Position numbers and translations under genes: made by a program | Part shown: positions 9,160 to 15,760 of the stretch, piece by piece | Layout: every line of letters starts with the position of its first letter | Numbering within the stretch: the first letter of the stretch is position 1 | Assembly: GCA_022564635.1 (NCBI GenBank) | Contig: JADFLA010000004.1 | Location: forward strand, 1-52,531 | Source: Nanobdellota archaeon | GTDB lineage: Archaea > Nanobdellota > Nanobdellia > Woesearchaeales > GW2011-AR4 | Direction of reading: 5' to 3' | Length of the DNA stretch: 52,531 nt | The notes under the pieces: model-generated | What the model was told of the DNA's origin: nothing | Databases searched by the model: none | The model's input: the letters and a program-made list of their open reading frames with translations, nothing else

Positions 9160-10029
9160 TTAAAAACATCCACCTACCTGGTCTGGGACAACACTTGATA
9201 TATCCTGTCCTCCTAGAGCTGCTTCTACTCTCAGTTTTCCATTTCTTGAGAAAGTCTGGACATCTATTGGTATTGTTGATGGGTCCAAGCCCTGATCTAA
9301 ATAATACTTTGCCCATTTAACTGCCATACCAGGGAAAAAGTAGGCCATCCATACTCTTAACTCATCTTCTATCTGGTCTTTCGTATAACCTTGTTTTAAC
9401 AATAAGGTTGTTAAACCTCTAATTGTTCCTTTTTTAAAGCAACCACCTGCACCACCCGGGGCATTGCAAAACAAGCAACCACCTACCGCATCTTTAAAAT
9501 TATTTTCTTGAGTTCCATACATTAAATCAGCGTAAATCTTTTGTTGCTCAGAGGTTAAGTCCTTAGGTACATCTTGTCTGCCTCTGCCACCATTAGGCGG
9601 AAAGGGATCAAACTTCATAAGAATATTTCTTTTATCTAAAGTTAATTCAATTGGCTGCCCATTAACTGAAAAAGGTCTTATCTTATCTTCTTCACTTGGT
9701 AAAACCGCTGCAGCAATTTCTTGAATCGAAGCGTCACTTCCTAGATTTATGGTTCTACTAGAAATCCCAATAGAACTGCCAGTAACAGATATTGGTAAGC
9801 TAAATATCATATACTGATTAAAAGCCAGCACAAGAAACACTAAAAACATTATAATCATATACGGTTTATAGTTTACCTCCTCTTTTTTTTCATCCTCTGC
9901 ATGATGTAAAATATTATATGGTTTATGGCTAATTTTTCCCTTTTTTTTATGAAGAACATGGTATATAACCTTATTATACTCAGAACCTAATTCTTCACTT
10001 TTCTCATGATCTTTTTGGGATCCTTCCAT
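9160..10029 (-). CDS. Single-TM Cys-motif protein (CxxC...C) ending in PDQVGGCF
   Basis: His-containing N-terminus, TM, VGGCLFCNAPGGAGGCF motif; GGAGGT RBS. Confidence 0.85.
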   Translation of the reverse strand: MEGSQKDHEKSEELGSEYNKVIYHVLHKKKGKISHKPYNILHHAEDEKKEEVNYKPYMIIMFLVFLVLAFNQYMIFSLPISVTGSSIGISSRTINLGSDASIQEIAAAVLPSEEDKIRPFSVNGQPIELTLDKRNILMKFDPFPPNGGRGRQDVPKDLTSEQQKIYADLMYGTQENNFKDAVGGCLFCNAPGGAGGCFKKGTIRGLTTLLLKQGYTKDQIEDELRVWMAYFFPGMAVKWAKYYLDQGLDPSTIPIDVQTFSRNGKLRVEAALGGQDISSVVPDQVGGCF

Positions 10030-10067
10030 TTTAATTAACCTCCAAATTGAAATTGTTTATCTAGCAA

Positions 10068-11345
10068 TTAAACTTCAATAATATCATTAACCTTATTATT
10101 CGAACTACTATCATAACTCAAATCTTTATAAACAATATTCTTACCCATTGCTTCAAGACTTCTAAAAACATAGCTACCATCATCTTCCACTGTAAAAAAG
10201 TTTCCAAAACTTTTTGCAGAAGGATAATCAGAAAAATCACTTGATAATATTATAGTAGGAACTTTAGTAATAGAATATTTCTCAACTAATTCCTTGCCTT
10301 CGTCATCTGAAATATCGATCTTTTTTTCGCTATTAATATTTATGTTAATCCCTCTAGGATTTGACAAAATTTGCCTATGAATTTCTACATCATAGCAATC
10401 TAAACAACTTTTGTCTGATAGGTAAGTAACATCAACTAATCCCACCACTTTATTTTTATTTAAATCAAAATATGGCGGACTTATTGTTCTAAAAATATAG
10501 CTCCCATCATTTTCAACAGTACCTACTTGCTGCCAATCTTTAGTTATATCTTCATAAGCAGATAAATCTGAAGAAATTATTAAGGAAGGCACTTTGTCTA
10601 AGCTATACTTGGAAATAAGTGAATCTGCATTTTTTATATCAACCACTTTTTCATCTGTAATTGCAACACCTAGTTGCTTTAATTGTCGTACAAAGATTGA
10701 CAAGTCTGTGCAATTTCCACAAGTTGCATCATTTATATAAGTTAAAGAAACTCTTCCCATAATTTCATTAGAAGATGTATCAAAATATGGTGCCTTAATT
10801 CCTGTAAATATCAACGCATCGCTCTCTTTTTTTAAACCAAGATTACCTGATTTTTCTATCTCGCCAAAAACTAAAACTGTAGGAATCCTTTTAATATTGT
10901 ATTTGTTAATTAAATCCTTTGCTTTTGCAGAATTCAAATCTAAAGATTCTTCATTTGTAATTTTTACTTTATTATTTTTTATGGAATTTAGGATTTGGCT
11001 GAGATCAAAACAGTCGGTACATGCAGTGTTCTCTATTACTGTGAGCTGAATCTCTGCAGGTCTTGTTAACTCCTCAGCTTCTTCAATTTTTGCCTTAGCT
11101 GTATTTTTTAAGCCAAATGCCAAAAATAGATTTAATATTAGCAATAGGCTTAAAGCAACTACAAGCAAGTTAATTAATTTAATTCCTTTTAAATTCTCAA
11201 AAAAATTAATTTTTATTTTTTTATCATCTGGAATTTTCTCATGAACACTTTTATTATGGTGTTCATGAACATTATGATGCTTTTCCATCCCATCATGCCT
11301 ATTAGTTTGGTGATGCCCTTTTTCTGTATGGTGTTCTTTTTCCAT
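10068..11345 (-). CDS. His-rich, single-TM protein with three tandem thioredoxin-like domains
   Basis: Repeats CTDC..KRIPT, CGNC..DKVPS and CLDC..TKVPT. Confidence 0.85.
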   Translation of the reverse strand: MEKEHHTEKGHHQTNRHDGMEKHHNVHEHHNKSVHEKIPDDKKIKINFFENLKGIKLINLLVVALSLLLILNLFLAFGLKNTAKAKIEEAEELTRPAEIQLTVIENTACTDCFDLSQILNSIKNNKVKITNEESLDLNSAKAKDLINKYNIKRIPTVLVFGEIEKSGNLGLKKESDALIFTGIKAPYFDTSSNEIMGRVSLTYINDATCGNCTDLSIFVRQLKQLGVAITDEKVVDIKNADSLISKYSLDKVPSLIISSDLSAYEDITKDWQQVGTVENDGSYIFRTISPPYFDLNKNKVVGLVDVTYLSDKSCLDCYDVEIHRQILSNPRGINININSEKKIDISDDEGKELVEKYSITKVPTIILSSDFSDYPSAKSFGNFFTVEDDGSYVFRSLEAMGKNIVYKDLSYDSSSNNKVNDIIEV

Positions 11346-11373
11346 TTTATATTTTTATTTTCTCACACTTAAA

Positions 11374-11808
11374 TTAAATTTTACAACCTGTTAGATCTGC
11401 CAACCTGTTAAATGTCTGTACATTTTCATAATACTTGCCGTTAATTAACCAAGTAGGTGTTATCTTGATATTAGGATCCTCAGTAAAATCCCTGGAGTCA
11501 ATAAACCTCATAGAATTTCCAAACATTCCCTTTTGTGCATGAGTATATTGACATGCAGATGCACCATACATAATAACACCCTTCTCAGTTAAGCATTGTG
11601 CAAAACCATCCAAGGGCGCTGGCTTCAAAGTATTTAAATAACCAAAACCAATACCCACGAAAATCAAAATAATAGCAACTGAAATACTAGAAACAATTAG
11701 AATTTTTTTGTAATTTTTTGGCTTTTCTATTGTACTTTTGTCTATGTTTTGCTCTGTTTTTTGACTTTCATCCCTAATGCTTTCAATTTCATCCTTGCTT
11801 AAAGCCAT
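11374..11808 (-). CDS. Membrane-anchored thioredoxin/glutaredoxin-like protein (CxxT)
   Basis: FAQCLTEKGVIMYGASACQYT..QKGMFG..TPTWLING, resembling VKOR-associated Trx-like domains. Confidence 0.8.
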   Translation of the reverse strand: MALSKDEIESIRDESQKTEQNIDKSTIEKPKNYKKILIVSSISVAIILIFVGIGFGYLNTLKPAPLDGFAQCLTEKGVIMYGASACQYTHAQKGMFGNSMRFIDSRDFTEDPNIKITPTWLINGKYYENVQTFNRLADLTGCKI

Positions 11809-11816
11809 TTTTGAAA

Positions 11817-12035
11817 CTATAGATTACTAGGGACTGAGCCTATGCTAGCTGAACTATCACCCAAATTGTCTACAGGTGCTACTCCGCAACCACCACCTAC
11901 ATAAGGTTGTTGCTGTCCACCCTGACCCTGTTGCGCACTATAGGCTGCATACCCAGTAGAGCTGCTTTTGGTACACCCAGCCACTAACACAATCCCTACC
12001 AACAATACCACAAATAAAATTGTTTTGTACTTCAT
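11817..12035 (-). CDS. Small lipoprotein with YVGGGCGV motif
   Basis: Lipobox LVAGC and Gln/Gly-rich linker; first gene of the redox operon. Confidence 0.75.
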   Translation of the reverse strand: MKYKTILFVVLLVGIVLVAGCTKSSSTGYAAYSAQQGQGGQQQPYVGGGCGVAPVDNLGDSSASIGSVPSNL

Positions 12036-12267
12036 TTTACTGCTGGTAATCCCTCTTTTATTTATAATCGTTTCTATATTCTTACTAATAAATCATATAT
12101 TATATATAATTCATTGCGTCTATACTTAGGGAAAAAATACGTTTTTTGTCCAAAATTAGCATTAAAACGCCTTATTACCGTTCATAAAGCATTATTACCT
12201 CTTATTTAACCAAGAATAGTCCAAAAATACCTTTAAAACCTGATTTTTAAGAAGTTCAAAATAATTA

Positions 12268-12789
12268 TTAAAAATTCTCTGTCAAGAATACCTCATAAGT
12301 TTTCCCTTTTGCTTTTCTTGCTACTAAGTTCTTTTTTTCAAAATCCATAAGAATCTGGCTTACTTTTGCTTTTGATAAATTAGTTCTATACTTTAAAGTG
12401 GATTGTGTTACTCCTTCCTGTTCTTTAACAGACATTAAAACCTTTCTTTCATTCCCATCCAAAGGCCTTAGCAATAAGTTAAACTTATCTTCATCTGTCT
12501 TTTGCATTTTCTCTTCTTGAATTTTCTCTAATGCATCATTATATTTTGACACATCTACCTCACTCTTGTTAAAAAACAATAAATAAAACCCCAATGCAAA
12601 AATAAAAGACAAGACTCCAACTGCTATATGTGAGGTTCCTAATAAAGAATTTACTTGTTGGCATTCCTTGGTTGGATTGCATTGAAGCTGTTGTCCTTGT
12701 AAATTAAGCTGATTCATATAAGAAAACATAATGAAACCTAGAATAATACTCATACCTACAATTAAAAAGCCAAGTTTTTTTGTTTCCAT
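12268..12789 (-). CDS. Membrane-anchored winged-helix (MarR-like) transcription regulator
   Basis: Two TMs around a CNPTKEC loop; C-terminal GVTQSTL..LSKAKVSQILMDFEKKNLV..KGKT wHTH. Confidence 0.85.
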   Translation of the reverse strand: METKKLGFLIVGMSIILGFIMFSYMNQLNLQGQQLQCNPTKECQQVNSLLGTSHIAVGVLSFIFALGFYLLFFNKSEVDVSKYNDALEKIQEEKMQKTDEDKFNLLLRPLDGNERKVLMSVKEQEGVTQSTLKYRTNLSKAKVSQILMDFEKKNLVARKAKGKTYEVFLTENF

Positions 12790-12848
12790 AATCCTTTTTA
12801 ACCCAATCTACAATAAATTTGCAATCTTACTATAAAAACTTTACTAAA

Positions 12849-12896
12849 ATATAGTAGCGGACATATGTTATGCATCATAAATATCCGATACTATAT
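12849..12896. repeat. Short palindromic element ATAGT(A/G)GCGGA...TCCG..ACTAT, degenerate copy
   Basis: atatagta-g-cgga-c-at ... at-a-tccg-a-tactatat; arms match the element at 27690-27734. Confidence 0.6.
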
Positions 12897-12900
12897 ATAT

Positions 12901-12939
12901 AAAACGACATACAAATTGAAATAAAACCTATGTCGTTTT
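12901..12939. promoter_or_regulatory. Perfect 11-bp inverted repeat (operator or terminator candidate)
   Basis: AAAACGACATA-N17-TATGTCGTTTT between thiE and the regulator gene. Confidence 0.45.
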
Positions 12940-13042
12940 CTAATAAACCCATAAAAATTATATGTTGTTTAATGATAAACTCCCATATATAAACCTATTA
13001 CTTATAATTCAATAATAATTTTAAATAATTAAATAATACATC

Positions 13043-13678
13043 CTAAACTGTCTTAATCTTCTTAACTAATTCCCTAGCATCTTCTTTAACGTCATCAGCA
13101 CCAACAACAGCACTAATAACAGCTACACTCTTAACTCCTTGATCTAAAACAGAATCAATATTTTTTTTATTTATCCCACCAATTGCTATCAATGGTTTAT
13201 TAATCTTATTTATAATCTGATTAATAATGTTGGTACCTACTGTATAATCCTTTGACCTTGTTTTGAATATTGGACCTATTGTAATGTAATTAGTACCTTC
13301 TTTATCCGCTTTGATAGCCTGCTCACTACTATGCGTAGACAACCCTATTATTAAATTTTTATATTTTTTATTGGAAATTTCTCTTGCACCTTTAATAGAC
13401 ATATCACTTTGTCCCAAATGAACACCATCCGCATTAATTTCCAAAGCAACATCAACATAATCATTCAAAATAAAAAGAACATTATTTTCTCTGCAAATTT
13501 TTAATAGTTTAATTGCTTCTTCTTTTATTCTATTTTTGTCCCAATTCTTTTCCCTTAATTGAATTATCTCTGCACCGCCTTTTATCGCTTCCTTAACAAT
13601 AAATTCATTGCTCCTATTTTTAGAAATAGTACTTTCTGTTATTACATATAATTTATTGTTAAAATCAAAGTTTTTCAT
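13043..13678 (-). CDS. thiE: Thiamine-phosphate synthase
   Basis: QLREK, ILND, ADGVHLGQSD, GLSTH, GPIFKT, AIGGI. Confidence 0.95.
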   Translation of the reverse strand: MKNFDFNNKLYVITESTISKNRSNEFIVKEAIKGGAEIIQLREKNWDKNRIKEEAIKLLKICRENNVLFILNDYVDVALEINADGVHLGQSDMSIKGAREISNKKYKNLIIGLSTHSSEQAIKADKEGTNYITIGPIFKTRSKDYTVGTNIINQIINKINKPLIAIGGINKKNIDSVLDQGVKSVAVISAVVGADDVKEDARELVKKIKTV

Positions 13679-13779
13679 AATAAAAAGAAATTATTTTTAT
13701 TTTTTATTTGATTATTTTTATTGTTATAATTTTTATTTTAATGGAAAAAATTTATTTGAATATCATTGTACCAAAAATT

Positions 13780-14550
13780 CTATTTAATGACACCTTCTAT
13801 CGGACTGGAAGCACTTGCATACAGTTTCTTTTGAATCCTACCAGCCAAAAAAGCGTCTCTTCCAGACTCTATAGCTGATTTCATTGCCCTTGCCATCCTT
13901 ACAGGATCCTTAGCCAATGCAACTCCAGTGTTAAGCAAAACTCCATCCGCACCCAGCTCCATTGCAATTGTAACATCCGAAGCCGTTCCAACACCAGCAT
14001 CAACAATTATTGGAACATTTGCATTCTCTATAATATTTTTTATATTGTTTGGATTCAAAATACCTTGTCCGGACCCGATTGGACTTCCAAGCGGCATAAC
14101 AGATGTTGCTCCAGCTTCCTCAATTTTCTTAGCATATATAATATCATCATTTGTATAAGCTAGAACAGTAAAACCCTCCTTAACCAAAACCTTTGTAGCC
14201 TTAAGTGTTTCCCCATTATCAGGCATTAATGTTTTTTGGTCTCCTATAACCTCTAATTTAACCCAATCTCCCATTCCTAACTCGCGAGCAAGCCTTGCAG
14301 TTCTGATTGCATCTTCCGCAGTATAACAACCAGCAGTATTCGGCAATATAGTAAGTTTATCTTTATTAATATAATTCAACAAATTTTCTTTTTCATCATC
14401 AAAATTAACCCTTCTTATTGCAACAGTAACAACTTCTGCACCACAAGCCTCATGCGCCTTTTTCATTACCTCAAAATTCTCATACTTCCCAGTACCAATA
14501 ATCAATCTGGAATTAAATTCAAACTTTCCAATTTTTAATTTGTCATCCAT
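13780..14550 (-). CDS. thiG: Thiazole synthase
   Basis: [39 protein letters not shown]. Confidence 0.97.
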   Translation of the reverse strand: MDDKLKIGKFEFNSRLIIGTGKYENFEVMKKAHEACGAEVVTVAIRRVNFDDEKENLLNYINKDKLTILPNTAGCYTAEDAIRTARLARELGMGDWVKLEVIGDQKTLMPDNGETLKATKVLVKEGFTVLAYTNDDIIYAKKIEEAGATSVMPLGSPIGSGQGILNPNNIKNIIENANVPIIVDAGVGTASDVTIAMELGADGVLLNTGVALAKDPVRMARAMKSAIESGRDAFLAGRIQKKLYASASSPIEGVIK

Positions 14551-14553
14551 ATA

Positions 14554-14751
14554 TTAACCACCACCTACAATAGTAACTATTTCTAATTTGTCATCATTTT
14601 TTAATATTGTATTATTAAAATTTTGTCTATGAACAATGTTTTTATTTAACTCAATAGCAACGGTATCCATTTTAAGGTTAAGAGAATTTAACAAATCTGA
14701 AATTTTTTCACATTCTAAATTCTTTTCTTCTCCATTGATTATTAATTTCAT
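14554..14751 (-). CDS. thiS: Sulfur carrier protein ThiS
   Basis: 65-aa beta-grasp protein ending VGGG, directly upstream of thiG. Confidence 0.95.
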   Translation of the reverse strand: MKLIINGEEKNLECEKISDLLNSLNLKMDTVAIELNKNIVHRQNFNNTILKNDDKLEIVTIVGGG

Positions 14752-14802
14752 TTCTACCCCTTGGAATATAAGAAGTACTGTTAATTTAAAAAGATTTTTA
14801 TT

Positions 14803-15021
14803 GTTAAGAAAAAAGTTAGGTCGGAGTAGAAGCTATGCTTCGTTACGTAGCCGTATAAAGCTGATGCTTTATGCGATGAAATGGGACTTAAGTTCTCGGT
14901 TTAACTGTTGTTATGTTTGTTTTTGTGAACTAAAATCTCGAAGAGATTAAATTGTGAGCAAAAACCGAAAAATTTAACTCAATTTATTGAGATTAAATTT
15001 TTTGAGTTAAAAGAAAGACCC
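14803..15021. repeat. Cluster of hairpins including a degenerate attC-like arm
   Basis: Hairpins GCTATG/CGTAGC, CGTATAAAGC-tgat-GCTTTATGCG, GTTTTTG..CAAAAAC and AAAAATTTAACTCAAT/ATTGAGATTAAATTTTT. On the minus strand ACATAAC-aacag-TTAAACC. Confidence 0.5.
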
Positions 15022-15027
15022 GTCTAT

Positions 15028-15303
15028 TTAACTAGAGCTCTGTTTTTTCCGATTCTTCCATATCGTAAGATAAATAATAATTCCACTAAGTAATGGCAGT
15101 AATACATACAGTAAAATACCTGGATTTGTTAAATCATCACAATAAATTAACCACTTCGATTTAAAAACAGAGGTAGGAATTATTGTTTTTCCTATTTTTC
15201 CACAGAATAGAAAAACTGAAATAAGATATTCAACTACGATTAGAATCAAAAATATTACTGGAGATAAAATAATTCTTATTGTAATATCGACAGATTTTTT
15301 CAT
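15028..15303 (-). CDS. Orphan two-TM membrane protein, cassette-like
   Basis: ATG 15303 (MKKSVDITIR) preferred over TTG 15366; two hydrophobic segments with a Cys pair between them. Confidence 0.6.
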   Translation of the reverse strand: MKKSVDITIRIILSPVIFLILIVVEYLISVFLFCGKIGKTIIPTSVFKSKWLIYCDDLTNPGILLYVLLPLLSGIIIYLTIWKNRKKQSSS

Positions 15304-15370
15304 TTTTATTTTATTGTATTCCTTACCATATAAATATTTTTGTATTTTATTGGGTCTTTCTTTCAATTAA

Positions 15371-15623
15371 ACATAACACAGTTAAACCCTTGTTTCTTGA
15401 AGAGCACCTAATATTATTAGGCAAAAATACCAACAACAAGGATGAGAACTGACTGGAGAGGGAAAATCCATACGCAAGTGTGGATTTTTCCTTTCGGAAT
15501 AGGGCGTGCGAAGCACGACCGTGTTCGAATCCATTGTTGTTGTTGGGATTTTTGTTTCTGTTTTCTTTGTATGGAAATGGAAATGCTCATCAAGAAACTT
15601 TGAGTTAACGAAAAGGGTTGTAA
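15371..15623. repeat. ~250-nt nested inverted-repeat element, attC-like or structured RNA
   Basis: Nested arms GTTTCTTGA.GAGCA/TGCTC.TCAAGAAAC and CAAAAATACCAACAACAA/TTGTTGTTGGGATTTTTG; inner GCAA-loop and CGTGC-gaa-GCACG hairpins; ends ACATAAC and GTTGTAA. Confidence 0.65.
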
Positions 15624-15760
15624 AAAAAACGTCACATAATGGGAAATTAGACGAACTCTCATCTTTTAATTTTATACCACCACTTCTTTTCCATATAGAA
15701 AATAATTTTAAATATAATTTTAGTTAAATTTTTAAACACCAAATAATAAACTAATGATAC

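Noticed and set aside
9056-9316. Alternative-frame ORF suggesting a frameshift between the two PDQVGGCF genes
   Set aside because: Both real genes are complete, with their own RBS and stop, and the overlapping translation is not protein-like.
1-12035. Cytochrome c maturation (System II) operon
   Set aside because: No CcsA/ResC, no ResB and no CxxCH protein in the window; CcdA plus TlpA alone is not diagnostic.
14849-14881. Group II intron domain V look-alike (AGCCGTAT...ATGCGATGAAA)
   Set aside because: It resolves as a simple hairpin; there is no matching 3' strand of domain V, no domain VI and no RT gene.
14752-15027. TPP riboswitch upstream of thiS
   Set aside because: No CUGAGA or other TPP core on the minus strand; the hairpins lie upstream of the likely thiS TATA box and fold better on the opposite strand.
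15371-15623. SRP RNA, RNase P RNA or tRNA
   Set aside because: No SRP helix-8 motif, no RNase P P4 consensus and no cloverleaf, although GTTCGAATCC resembles a T-loop.
15417-15727. ORFs 15417-15662 (-) and 15506-15727 (+)
   Set aside because: They overlap the palindromic element and have no protein-like features.
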